From assembly GCA_963924565.1 (NCBI GenBank), contig OZ004609.1, positions 28,768,001 to 28,832,000 on the forward strand: a stretch of 64,000 nt of DNA, in the 5' to 3' direction. Under the pieces are notes generated by a model, which was not told the origin of the DNA, did no database searches, and was given only the letters and a program-made list of their open reading frames with translations. Below are positions 1-11,941 of this stretch, piece by piece (position 1 is the first letter of the stretch; the number at the start of each line of letters is the position of its first letter). Made by a program: the position numbers and the translations under genes. The stretch is from Ascidiella aspersa (taxonomy: Eukaryota).

Positions 1-294
1 AAAGAATGTAAGGCGTACATCAAAGTTTGCTGTAAATCTGGAAATGCTATTTTTAAATAAGAATTCAGTTTTTCAAACAGTTACTGTGTTTGGTAAACTG
101 TGATTAAACTTCCATCAGTAGCGATTTGCATTAAGTTTTAGAATATTAAGTACGCACCGTTCACAGTGTTTAATATTAAGTAAAAATCCTGAATGCAATG
201 CAGGGCCATTTTTGTTATAATTTATGTTTTTCAGGAAAACTTTTAACGCTCGTCGTGACAAACCAACAGGTTATAGAAATTTATCGCTAGGAAT

Positions 295-565
295 ATGCAT
301 GCAATAGCAAAGCACTATTTTGTTTTGCGCCAGGGTAGTATTGGATTTTGTATTACAGTTCTGCAATATGCACCTACAATTAACCCCGGCGATGTCAAGT
401 TCCTTAAGCAACGGTTAAATGTTTACAATTTTGATAGTCAAGCCTTTTTTCCTAAAGGCCATTACAAGACTGATTACGCTAAAGTTGAACGACAGTTTAA
501 AGACATTCGAACGGTATAGGAAGGACTACGAACTTTTTGGATTTTCTAAGCCATCCTGGCTTTGA
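295..565 (+). pseudogene. Internally deleted, inverted duplicate of the carbohydrate sulfotransferase gene at 19852-21826
   Basis: Reads MH..IGFCITVLQYAPTINP (parent exon 1: IGCCITVLQYTPMPTINP) fused to DVKFLKQRLNVYNFDSQAFFPKGHYKTDYAKVERQFKDI (parent exon 3). After a second deletion it resumes RKDYELFGFSKPSWL* (563-565). Flanks 1-294 and 566-690 match the reverse complement of ~21830-22085 and ~19720-19850. Confidence 0.9.
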
Positions 566-1499
566 TTTTGAAATAAAGTAAAGCATTCAATGTAGTACCT
601 TTGACAACTAAAATGAACTTTTGAAATGTGATTTCGTTTTTAATGAACCACGTTTTATAGTTAGTTTATTTTCTGTCCATGAAAATGATTTTTCTACTTA
701 CTACGGGATCCCGTAATCAGTTTTAAGTGTCGGTATGTGCCTATATTAATTTCACAATAAGTGTAAAATCTATATGAATTGTACTTTTGCTGACTTTCGA
801 TATGCAAATGTTCAATCTAATTACACAAGTGACACAGCACACATAACTGAGTTGATAAATATTTCTTAAAAGATACGTGCAGAAGCAAAAAAACAAAAAA
901 TACTCTGTTTTTTAATCCATGTGTAAAATAACACAAATTAAATTATTTGAAACCATGTGTAAAATAACACAACATTATACATTTTTAACTTACTGATGGC
1001 TACTGGTTTTAACTTTATGTTAACAAAACAAAAAAATGTAGGCTATACGAGAAAACGAAACAAGGTTTTCAAAATGTTGTAAAAGATTAAAAAGGCGATA
1101 GTTACATATCTAAACGAATTAAAAATGTCCTAAAAATATTTTCGAAAATTACAAACACTTATAGTTAATTACAAGCTTTTAAAGTAATCGTTACATTCCA
1201 AAATGGCACTTATTCGTAAAATATATCCACCAAGGTGTTATATTATGTTGACAATGAATGAACTAAAAAAGTTAGATTTATAATTAAATACAAAGCAAAG
1301 CGTCTTGACGAAACAAGTATTTAATATCCTTTTTTAATTCTCAATTTACCTAAAGTTTCTTCTTTTTTAAGGTTACAAACCTTTTATGTAAAAATATATA
1401 TTTATCAGTTTGGCAACGTTACAACCTTTTCGGTCGACCTCAAAGAACACAACAGAGAGTATAGGGAAGTAATTCTTAACTTTTTCTGGCAGCTTACTG

Positions 1500-1912
1500 C
1501 ATTGTTGTAATAAAATAATTTAATGACGTGACTTGACTTGAATGTCATTGTTTAATTAAGTCATTGGGCAAAACGAATTGGCTTGACTCAAGTGTTTTGG
1601 ACAAATCACTTGACTTAGGATTTTTTGTCATAATTTTCTTGAGTTCAGTTACGTTTTTGTTACTTTTTGGTTGAGATGTTGCTTATAAATGAATGAGTTT
1701 ACCAGTTTTATTAGCTTAACGCTTCATTTTTGTGTTAATGACTTAATTAGGAAATGACTTGCTTTATGAATGACCTTCGACTTGAATTGAACAATTGATT
1801 ACTTGTACTGAGATTTGACTTCCGAATTTTGCAAAATACTTGACTGAAACAAAAGTTGCGCTTTAAATGAATTACGACGTGGGTCATTTCAAAGTGATTT
1901 GTTTACGACACT
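1500..1912. mobile_element. Degenerate MITE-like element with many internal GACTT(G) repeats
   Basis: Imperfect terminal inverted repeats CATTGTTGTAA / TTACGACACTG enclose numerous TGACTTG-like motifs. No TSD recognised. Confidence 0.4.
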
Positions 1913-3307
1913 GGCGTAAAACCTCTCGTCTTGACTTGGCCACGGAGCGGTCATTGCGGTGGCCACCAGCCTAACTTCCTAGCTATAGGTACAAATCGTC
2001 ACTATTTAAAAAATGTATTTATTATGTTTTTATTATGACTGTAAAAGTTTTATAACAAACTTGTAAAGCCAGTGGCAAGTTTGGTTAAAGACCTGTTGCT
2101 GTGGCGAAACAATTACTTTGCTGCTTTGTGCTAGCCATTTTCGGGCGGCCAGTTACTTGCTGATACCCTTATCCTAATTATTAAGTATCCGGAAAATGCT
2201 GTTGGGCAAGCAACTAATGTGGAATGCCAGGTGAAACGAATTTGCAATTTCCTTAAAGGGCGTTTAGTTATATTCTATAGGAAAACGCACGCTGCAGGAT
2301 TACTTCAGAGGTCGATTTTAGGCCAATATTCAGCGAGGTTAAGTACACCGTATTTGTCAAGTACCTTATTGTAACGAATCAATAAAACGAAAATCAAGAA
2401 ATCATCTCGACGAATGTGGTAGCATTGCTTGACTCTGTAAAAAAACATAGCTGAATATAAAAAACACCTTGGCGTAGTCTAAGAACAAGCTTTGTAGTTA
2501 CTAACTATAAGTTAATTTGAAAGAAAATGACTAATTTGTTAATTTTTAGAAAGTATGTGCATTTGTCCGTTGATTAATGGCTGTATTTGTTATGTATGGA
2601 TATATTTTGCCCAGAAGTAAAACAAGTGAAAAGACGTTCAACACAATACTGGGAATTTTTAAAAGCAGGGGGCCACAAGGGTTAAGAGCCTTTCAAATGG
2701 GACCACGAAGCATAAAAGAGTGAGAACCACTGCCGTACAACCTGGTTTGAAAAGAAACCGTTTTGCTGAGGTTTAAACCGTCATGCCATACCTTGACAAT
2801 CTTGGCGATTGCGGAAACATCTCTGTGGCTTATGCGGCTATGCTTGGGCGATCACGAGCTTCACAGTGAAGTTTAGCGTGCAAGAGAAACAGTCTTGTTT
2901 AACGGAGTGCGAAGGTTGCGTTGGTTAATGTGTTGGTCTAACATTAACCCATTGGTTTTGCGAAAGACATTCTTCGAAAGCTTATATTTGTACACAAGTT
3001 ACAACGGACACGTTTGGCATTACGGCCCATCGAGCCACTGAAAAATAAAAAGTTACCAGGTTTAAAAAGAACGTCGTACCGTACAGCTAAGCGTGTCCTT
3101 GAACCAGTGCAAAATTAGGTAACAAACCAGCTACAAGTTGTTTGCCTAAAATTAGTTAATAATTGATTTTTTCAGTTCAAAACCTGCCTATTTCTTTTCA
3201 AATCGAGGTCATACGCGATATGCTTTCAAAGGTCTGTAAACTTTTGCTCTATCAGGACTTGCATTTTAGATCTGGAATAGGTTCGTTGCAAATCTGTTTA
3301 CAAAATA

Positions 3308-4048
3308 ATGACTCGGGTGGCACTTGTTACTGCTTCAACTGACGGCATAGGATTTGCGATTGCCAGAAAGCTTGCACAAAGCGGAGCTCATGTTATCGTT
3401 AGCAGTAGAAAGCAGAAAAATGTTGACAAGGCCGTTAACACTCTGCAAAAAGAAAACCTTCAAGTGACTGGAATAGTCTGTGACGTGGCAAACTCGGAGG
3501 AAAGAAAAAACGTTTTGAGTGCAATAGATAATAAATTTGGTGGTTTAGATATTTTGGTCTCCAACGCTGGTACCCATACACACTTTGGCAGGCTTCTCAG
3601 CACCCCCGAGGCCGCCTATGATGAGATGTTTGACGTTAATGTAAAAGCCACATTTATTCTAATAAAAGAAGCAGTACCGCTTATACGGAAACGAGGGCAA
3701 GGAACAATTGTTGTCGTATCTTTAATACTCGGCTATTCTCCCAACGTGGCACCAGCAATATATTCCGTTACGAAAACCGCTTTAATTGGTCTTACAAAAG
3801 CGCTAGTGCCTGAGCTCAGCCGAAGTAATATTCGGATCAACTGCCTTGCGCCTGGCATTATACGCACCAAGTTTAGTCAGGTTCGTTTGGACATGGGCGA
3901 GGATAAATTGAAACAGCGACTTGGTGTGAGTCGAATTGGAAAACCTGAAGATTGTTCTGGAATTGTTGACTTCCTTTGTTCGGATTCCGCTTCATACATC
4001 AATGGACAAACAATTGTAGTTGCTGGTGAAATGCAATGCAGACTTTGA
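3308..4048 (+). CDS. DHRS4: Dehydrogenase/reductase SDR family member 4-like (peroxisomal carbonyl/retinol reductase), single exon, 246 aa
   Basis: DHRS2/4-type cofactor motif TASTDGIG, SSRKQKNVD, LDILVSNAG, catalytic YxxxK (YSVTK), IRINCLAPGII, ASYINGQTIVVAG. C-terminal CRL is PTS1-like. Acceptor-like TTTTAG at 3264-3269; AATAAA near 4108. Confidence 0.9.
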   Translation: MTRVALVTASTDGIGFAIARKLAQSGAHVIVSSRKQKNVDKAVNTLQKENLQVTGIVCDVANSEERKNVLSAIDNKFGGLDILVSNAGTHTHFGRLLSTPEAAYDEMFDVNVKATFILIKEAVPLIRKRGQGTIVVVSLILGYSPNVAPAIYSVTKTALIGLTKALVPELSRSNIRINCLAPGIIRTKFSQVRLDMGEDKLKQRLGVSRIGKPEDCSGIVDFLCSDSASYINGQTIVVAGEMQCRL

Positions 4049-4254
4049 TTGCTTCGCTTATTACACATAAGAAATTGTTTGATTGTAATTTTTTCTACAT
4101 TTATTGGAATAAATTTACATATTAGAAACAAAATTGCTGTTTTGTCTAATATATTTTTCTACAAAAAATACCAAAAAAAACCCTCTACTTTATTAATAGT
4201 ATTGCTAGGATGCTCGCTTGGCACGCGCTGAACGCGTGATAGGGAAACTGTGCG

Positions 4255-4668
4255 CCGCAGAGCCAATTTTAGTGGGCCGCGTGTCACTTTCGAAAAACTT
4301 ATTGTTATCCATGTAGTTGTGGGCCGCGTGCTAGCCGTACATCGGTTGCACTTTATTTTAAAAGTTGATATCGCTGAGAAATTTTTAATTATTGCTCAGC
4401 TTGGAAAGGCCCACGTGCCAATAATGTTTTTGAGAGCCTATCGAACTATATTTGTTGCCAACTCAACTATACTGTATGTAAACGAAAAAAATTCCATTAT
4501 CCTATGGTGGCCTTTTGACTTTTGCCCATCAAGGCGCTGTGTAATATTTCACCTTAAAATTAAACATCCTGCACCCGACACTGTTTTCGTTGTGCTTTTA
4601 CGTAGTGTGCTTTCAATAGCTCTGAATAGTACTTTGGGCCGCGACAAAAAAAATGTTGCCGACCACTG
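4255..4668. mobile_element. Truncated hAT (Charlie-like) MITE
   Basis: Right end TTGCCGACCACTG is the same TIR family as 18045-19092. GGGCCGC subterminal motifs are repeated. Left end not identifiable. Confidence 0.45.
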
Positions 4669-4919
4669 CGCTAAATCTTTGTGCACATTTCTCTTGCCAC
4701 GAACACATCACCGTTCGGCTTCCGCCAATTAGCTTTGGAGATTATTATAAATAGTCTTCAGTTGTCTTTGACTTGATTAAAGATGATCGAAAAATCTTAA
4801 ATAAATTCTGCATGGCTTGATTGTTGGTTTCCTACTCAAATTAAAATGAAGCTTGTCAGGAATAGCCACATAGGCATGTCAAACCAGACGTCCACTAGAA
4901 CAATATGGTCTGTTCCAAA

Positions 4920-5170
4920 CAGGGCTGCGGAGTCCGAGTCGGATTAGGGACTAAAGAAGTCGGTTTGTTTTGCTGGAGTCGGACTTAGGACTCGAGTAAG
5001 ACCACGTAAGACTGCCCGAGTCCCGAGTCCGACATGCACATGCGCAGCACTAAATTTTAAAACTGATATGGCCGCCAACTGCAAATAAAGGTGGAATAGA
5101 ATAGGATATATATTTTTCAAACATGTATTGTGAGTGAATGAATTATACGACACCCCTATAAGTGAATTAC
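4920..5170 (+). mobile_element. Partial copy of the CAGGGCTGC/GAGTCGG-repeat MITE family
   Basis: Starts CAGGGCTGCGGAGTCCGAGTCGG with GAGTC(C/G)G repeats. Relatives at 6428, 15975, 26921 and 35036. Right end approximate. Confidence 0.5.
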
Positions 5171-5590
5171 TGAATATCCACGTTATTTTAGTTACAAGAT
5201 CCATTTAATTATTCTAACTTTACACAGTTGTTTACACAGTTATAACACTATGCATACAAACTACTTATGAAATACAAACATACAAACTCCTTTTTTTGCA
5301 TACAAACTACTTATGAAATCATTTTTCAAAATACAATTTACTATTGGAAAAGCGCAACTTTTTAAATCAGCGATGAATTGTCGTTAAACCAGAGTTAAGC
5401 AATATTAATTAACCATAAAATGTGGCATTTTATATATTTACAGTTCCACGAAACATTTTAAACATTTTGCAAAAAAGGTGTTTTATCAAGTCTAAATTTC
5501 TATGAATTGAAAGCTCATTTATAACAAAAACAAGTTTACTTTTTGAAGACTCATTCAAATCACTACAAGAACGCACAAGTGGTCTCTTGT

Positions 5591-7807
5591 TTAAATGACG
5601 TTATCAAGGCTGATGTCCTTTTTCGATGCCTCTTTCCTCACGTGTGAATTAACAGAGTCCTTGACATAGTTGTTGATGAGAGCGGTAAATGAGCTGCAGA
5701 CGGTAAGCCAGAAGCTGGCGCCAAAAGAGTCTCCCTTTATATCTTCGGATGTGAAGGCCACCATATCAGCAACAGCCACATCCGACACTCCTGGTGATCA
5801 AGACAATACAATAAAAACGCTTTAAATTAGGCTACCACCTTATTTTTAGTTTTTATTGTTTTCAGGACTCGCAGATAATTGTTGGGCGAGCGTTCGTGTA
5901 TGCACTATTTTTGGGGTTTCAGCTCAGCATGTCAATTTACTTCTGTCCAATTCGATACCAAATGAAGTCATTACCATCGTCAAACAAGCAAAAGAGGTTA
6001 ATTCGAAATGCTAAAAAGTATTTTTTTTCTATTTATTCAAACAAAATTTGTTTTAGGTTTAACAAGTTGACCTACCTAGTTATTAACTTAACATTTTTGG
6101 TCAGGTTTAAATAAAAGCACTTTTTTCAGGTGGAATTCGCTGCGTTGGATGCAAATCATGGCTAAAATACTTAGATGAGTTTCGTATCGGATCGCCAAGA
6201 AAATCATCCCAAATGTGGAAATCAGGTAACAACGACGTATTGATGGTATTACAACAATTTGTCGTTCAGAGTGTTACCTGATTTCCATATATAGAATAAG
6301 GCACAAACGACTAACAAAATAAACTACCCTAGCATCGGATCGGAGTACCGTTACTATAGCACTTTATATCGGGTATGGTGTCCAATCCGATCATATCAAT
6401 ACACGAAATGTTTACAAAGGTTGCAAGCAGGGCTGCGGAATCGATTTAAAACAACCCGAGTCCGACTTCATTTACATAAACCGACTTGATTCCTGTCCCG
6501 ATTTTACAGCTGAGGTTATATAAAGACAACATTAGTCTGAATCACAAACGGCCGTCGTCCCAATGGGTTTTATAAATTCACAGAACTTAACCGATTTAGA
6601 AGTATTCGCACCTAAAAGTTTTTACCTGACGAGAAGTTTGCCCTGGCGAAGCTAGCTAGCTTTACGCTCATGTAAAGGTAGCCTTTCTCACAAGCCATAC
6701 CGCAGCACTTGCAGTAAACTTGAATCGCGTAGATGAAGGTAAACAAAGCTGAGATTGTGGACATGAGGGCGAAACCAAACACAGCTACCATACCTAAAAT
6801 CGTTAAACTTAATTGTCATGTATTCTGGTCAACCATTAGAAAGGAACAAAGACATAAAGAAAATCGTATACCGGTAGTTATAGGGTTTTACGATACCCAG
6901 TATATTATTTCCATACTTATAAACCCGATATTTTAGACAAAAAATACTGACTGTCGCTTTACCTTCACCCTTTTTTTAAAGAAAAAAATGGCAGAAACTG
7001 CTGCATTCGAATACCAAGGTTAAAATGCCACATAAAGCTGGGTATTAGGCCGACACCGACCTTACCCTGGCTCTGATTATTATCGGAATTTCCTTCAAAG
7101 CTGCTGTATCGCATTATAAAAACACTAGGTTTGCATCCTTATTAAACAAAATGATGGATTTATAATAATTCAAAAAAAAAAACTTTCTTTTTTTTTTACA
7201 CGTAGGTTACCTTCTCTGTTGCTGCCATCGAAAAATCCAGAGATAAAGCTGTGGAAAAGTCCGATCTGAACTTGAACGTAAGAGGTGCTGTTTAGACTTG
7301 TTAAGTTTTCCGATTCCTCAAATTTATCTTGATCATCGGCGAATGTGGCAGCGTCCAAACTACGATCGAAAATATTTTTACACTGAATTTATAAAATATA
7401 AAACCCCCGAAGGAATATTTTTATATTGTAGAACGTTCATAGGCCGGTTAACGTAAATGTTTTGATTTCAAAATACCTAAATCATATGTTTTACGGATAG
7501 TGTAGTTTTGCGACAGTTAACGTTCGAATAGGTATACACAACTCTATATATTTATCTTATTTGTACAACTGTAAGTACATTATAAAAAATGTTAGTTACA
7601 ACGTGCAATATTTTGTTAATAGGAAGTTTTCTCTATTCTTGCCAGTTAAAAATATACTAATACTAACACAGTGATGTTCCCGACGATATATTGTGGCATA
7701 GCCAAGGCTAAACAGTTCATAGTTAGCTGTACGAATGCCAGAAAAGGAAAGACCCACAGGCAGCATTTTATATGTACGCAACAAACTCGGCCGTCTTCTT
7801 CAGCCAT
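5591..7807 (-). CDS. Four-transmembrane protein of the PMP22/claudin/clarin superfamily, 4 exons, 218 aa
   Basis: Exons 7807-7668, 7359-7211, 6793-6626, 5790-5591 (657 nt); GT-AG introns with compatible phases 2/1/1. Protein MAEEDGRVCCVHIKCCLWVFPFLAFVQLTMNCLALAMPQYIVGNITV..QIGLFHSF..MVAVFGFALMSTISALFTFIYAIQVYCKCC..FGASFWLTVCSSFTALIN..NVI*. GLF in loop 1 and FGxSFWL before the last TM are typical of this superfamily. Exon structure is matched by the paralog at 12061-14081. Confidence 0.8.
6213..6290. repeat. Intronic inverted repeat (78-nt hairpin)
   Basis: ATGTGGAAATCAGGTAACA (6213-6231) pairs with TGTTACCTGATTTCCATAT (6272-6290); inner AACGAC/GTCGTT pairing as well. Confidence 0.6.
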
Positions 7808-9484
7808 ATTTTTATCAGAATATTTCTAACGAAAGTCTAAATAGTTTTGCTAAAAATGTAAAAAGTATACATATAAGGGTAAATCATGTGACACAGGACT
7901 TTTCGGTGCATATTATAGCATTATAGGCCTCGGTATATCGGATCATTAGGAATGTCACATGTCACCGATATATCATGACAAGCACAATGGGTTGTAACGA
8001 CGCCGATACGACCATAATTTAATGTCAGCTTTATTGCCCATGGTTATAGTTATTTAATGCAGCCCCTCTAACTGGAAAGATTAAATTTTTAAAAAAGGAT
8101 AATTTTACACCTCAACAGTACTTCTGTTTCTTGGGGCATAAATGTCATACATGACTTTTGTATTTCTCAGTGTTACCTTTTTCATTAATTTGATTTTAAA
8201 GGAAAGACTTGACTATTTTTTTGTTTTTTTAAAACCAAGGATAGCGCAATTTTTGTAAAATACGAAATATCAAACATTTCAAATCACTGAATTACTGTTA
8301 GTACGCAGTCGGTCTTTGATCAGATTAGAAAAATGAAGATAGGTGATTGCTTTTATATGAATGTAACTGTTCTACAAGGGAAGTAATGCCAGTCGCGCGA
8401 AAGTCCGTTCAACAGGATGCTGGTAACCTAATCCCGACTCGTTCATGTTTTCTAACCCTGACTCGCCAATGCAGTTACCAAGCAGCAATCCATTATTCCC
8501 ACTTGCCACGGGTAGGCTTATTATAAAGACAAGCCTGTAGTTAACGACGCATTATCGGCCTTCTTTCAGCAAGAACCACGAATCTTTGCAAAGGTGTAAC
8601 CTCGCGGTTTCTGTCTTTTAACGTACAAACTTAACAATCAGATTTATAAACAACGACGTACAAAAGGCGGTAAAAAATATTTTTTACAAGGCGGTTCATA
8701 CATTTAAGGCCTTTTTATATATTAGTTAAGAATTACACTAAAACGTGTTTTTTCGCACAGCAAACTGGCAACAGAAAGTGCCTGTGATTCCATACATAGT
8801 GTCTAGTATTGAATAGATTGGGCGTAAACTTTCTTCAATCACAGTACATCTGAATGTAACTATCCCTTTTAACGCTTTTCAATGATTTATCCGCTATATA
8901 AGTCGATAGGAAAACAAAGGGCACAGCTTTCTTACAATGGTTCCAAGGAAACACTGCAAAATACATCCTTTTGTCACAAATCGTTAAGACTAAATAGTTA
9001 ACCATTTACCTTGTCGGCCGAGAAGTTTTTGCTTTATATGGAAATAGCACATTTTTATTCTTACCGCGCCGTATAATATAATTCTGGAAAAGCGAAGAAA
9101 CTTTAAATCAAAAAGACCGTAATAAAATTTTATTCAACTATGTGGTTAAGAACTACATTTAGGTTTTTTACTCCTTGTTGTTAAGTTTTACACTCCTTCC
9201 CCAAAATAAAGTTGTAATGCTATGAAGCTGTTTAAAGAGTAGAATATTTCGTCGGTTTTATTGCTGCTTTTGCGCGCAATGAATTCAATAGCAACAGGCT
9301 AGCCTTTGCTTAGACAGTAAAACATTTCGTGCCCCTGTGTATACATACCACTATGGTCCAAGGTAATAAACTTGGCTTTTTGTATTATGCCGTGTTCGGA
9401 TCTTGGTGAATAACGCTATGCGCTTTTCGCTGGGTTTACATCGCATCCAAACACCGGGCCCTGTTTAGTATAGTCGAATTGTAA

Positions 9485-9730
9485 CCACTTTGCCTAACAT
9501 CGCACTAGTAAATTGCAAGGTCCGAAAGCTAATACTCTTAGTCAGGGAGAGCGTTTACAATACTAGGAGCCAGATGGCACCCTAAAATAGTAAATATTGT
9601 CTGGCTGCACCTTTGATAGGGCGAACGAGCTGCTCACTTTAAAACCAAGCAAGGAAAGTACTGCGCATTTACTTGTCTTTGATGAAAAGAAAATAACTGT
9701 AAGTATTGCTGTATTAACAGCACAGTCGCA
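9485..9730 (+). pseudogene. Decayed coding-like segment of unknown family; inverted paralog of 17470-17710
   Basis: Conceptual translation KLQGPKANTLSQGERLQY*EPDGTLK**ILSGCTFDRANELL..KKIT|GTAAGT aligns at DNA and protein level with FQGIKATILE*GKRLSYFGSADTLRY**LAGCTSGRTHELL on the minus strand at 17.5-17.7 kb. Confidence 0.5.
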
Positions 9731-10199
9731 ACAAACCTTTAAAATTATGAACACTTGTTTCATAATCTATATACGCCTATATGTCAAGGACATAATTTTG
9801 ACTGAGATGCAGTATAGGGTGCTAAATAGTAACCAATTTGTACAAACTCTACTACATTTAAATATCAGTAGGAGCGTGTGCAAGTGTTCCGCGCAAGTCA
9901 ATGAATATAATTGATTTTTATAAAACTATTTATCTAGGTAAACTCAAGGGGTTGGGGTGAAAAATCCTAGGAGAGCAGTGTTGGTATACACGTGGTTGTT
10001 CTAAGCAATCAAACGTCCATAGTATTTAACATAACCACATTATCATTATAATTATTAAGGGTAAGGAAAAATAGTGACTCAAGACATTATAAGTTTGTTG
10101 TAAAATGACGTCCCAACGGTGTATTTAGAATAAACAAAATATAAAAAGCTTTTTATGGTTCTGATGATGGAAGGTAAATAAACAAAAACCTTGTACAAT

Positions 10200-10855
10200 C
10201 CCCTGCCACGCTGAATACCAATGTAAGACATAGTTCCTCTTTTTTCGGCAAGCTACCCAAAGTATGCTTTCTGCAACCTTGGAAACAAATAGATGAAACA
10301 CCAGACCAATAATAGTTTAAATTGTGTACATATCGCTTTTAATTCACGGAAAAGATAAAACGGACAGAGTCTGTGAACGAAAGTAACCAATAATGCAACA
10401 TCAAATAACTCAGTTGTATTTAGTAGGGTAAGTTACGTTATGCTTTAGAATTACACTGCGAAACGACGAGTCCATTTGATGCAGACCCTATAAGGTTGTA
10501 TTCGTATTTCCAAAATATATTTGAAATAAACTGAAAAAAACCCGTTCTTTTATCTTAAATTAAATACAAAATCGGTTTTAGAAATGTTTACTGTTGAACT
10601 TATTAATAGTAAATGAGGCTCTGTTAAAAGGCCAGACCCAGCACGCTTTCAATGATTTGAGGCTTTCAATGTTTTTTTCTGTTCATAGGTAGAACAACAA
10701 CATAGTAGCTTACATTCCGTCACGCTGAATAACAATCTGAGGTACAGTTCCTCTTTCGGCGGCACTGCTCAGCAAGTTGCGACTATTCCAGTAAGATAAA
10801 ACAGGATAAACTGAACACACAAGAGTTTGAGTTATTTACAAAGGCCTTTTATTTG
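10200..10855. repeat. Diverged direct repeat (~150-bp units, ~515 bp apart)
   Basis: CACGCTGAATACCAATGTAAGACATAGTTCCTCTTT (~10207) versus CACGCTGAATAACAATCTGAGGTACAGTTCCTCTTT (~10721), with weaker similarity downstream. Confidence 0.55.
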
Positions 10856-10859
10856 AAAC

Positions 10860-11476
10860 ACACAATAAGACCTAAAAAGCAACAATACCTAAAGCACAAA
10901 AATCTATAAAACCATAGTATTAAGACCAACGACATATTAAAGCCAAATACGCAGTAATCCACGACAGAACAGAAATAATTACTTAACCGTCTGAATAAGA
11001 CATATACCTGTCGCAATAAGTCCTAAAATGATCGAAATAAGGCCAAAACGCCAAAATAACGCCTAAAACTGTACGTTGAGTGTATGGGCCGACCAGGGTG
11101 CATGGGTCTGGCATCGGCCGTTTTAATGTCGACGATGGGGCGCCCTAGTTTAAATGGCGCCGTGAGGACGCCGCTGGTTTGCACCGGATATTTGGGCCCT
11201 GTTTGGGTTTATTGGTGGGTAATGGATGGGGTTAGAAAAAAAAATTTTGGGTTGTAATTATTAGGGGAGTTGGTGATGTCTTTAGGGGTGGGGCTAGGTA
11301 AAAACTTGTTTACGCCTGATTCTTTCAGTGCATGTCTTATTCCGACGAATTTAGGACTTATTCCGATTTGGTCCGTATTACGACTATGAAGGTATTGGTC
11401 CTAATTTGGGTTATCCAGAACTGTGTTTTATTCAAACGTTAATGTTGTTCTTATTTCGGTCTTATGGCTGGAGTCC
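10860..11476. mobile_element. Foldback-like non-autonomous DNA element
   Basis: Left arm has repeated AATAAG(A/T/G)C motifs and right arm the complementary G(T/A)CTTATT motifs (e.g. GAATAAGACAT / ATGTCTTATTC, AATAAGTCCTAAA / TTTAGGACTTATT). Central region is G-rich and GGGTTAG-like. Confidence 0.55.
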
Positions 11477-11808
11477 ATTTTAATTCATAAAAAAAATATT
11501 CATTGGGAAAAATGATAGCAGCAATTAATTATTATCGGGAAGTGATTAGAGTAATAGATCACGTATTTTAATTCTGACGATAAAAATATACAACATATTT
11601 ACAAGACCATGCTCTACCAACTATAAATGGTGAACACATATTTACATGGCATAATAATGTCCAAAACGATTCTAAATATCGATAAACGTCAAACTCAATA
11701 AAACTAAATGTTTAACGAAATATATAGTCTTGTCCTTCAAATAAAATAATCGAAATTAGACACTGATTTTCATACTTTGGAGCATAATGGTTGGAGGTTG
11801 TAGTAAGA

Positions 11809-11941
11809 CGTAATAAGAATATCAAAGCCCATACAAAAGTAGGTATCATTTTAGACATAGCTATGTTGAAAATGAATAAAGAGTTGTTCGAAAGTCCAAA
11901 ATGATACCTACTTCTGTATGGGCTTTGATATTCTTATTACG
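11809..11941. repeat. Near-perfect 48-bp inverted repeat (hairpin or MITE core)
   Basis: 11809-11856 matches the reverse complement of 11894-11941 at 46/48 positions, with a 37-nt spacer. Confidence 0.9.

Noticed and set aside
917-972. Short spaced direct repeats (CCATGTGTAAAATAACACAA x2; similarly 5251-5319) as CRISPR-like arrays
   Set aside because: Only two units each, in a eukaryotic context with no cas genes; these are ordinary local duplications.
2068-2230. Possible tRNA-derived SINE head
   Set aside because: An A-box-like start but no convincing B box, cloverleaf or second copy in the window.
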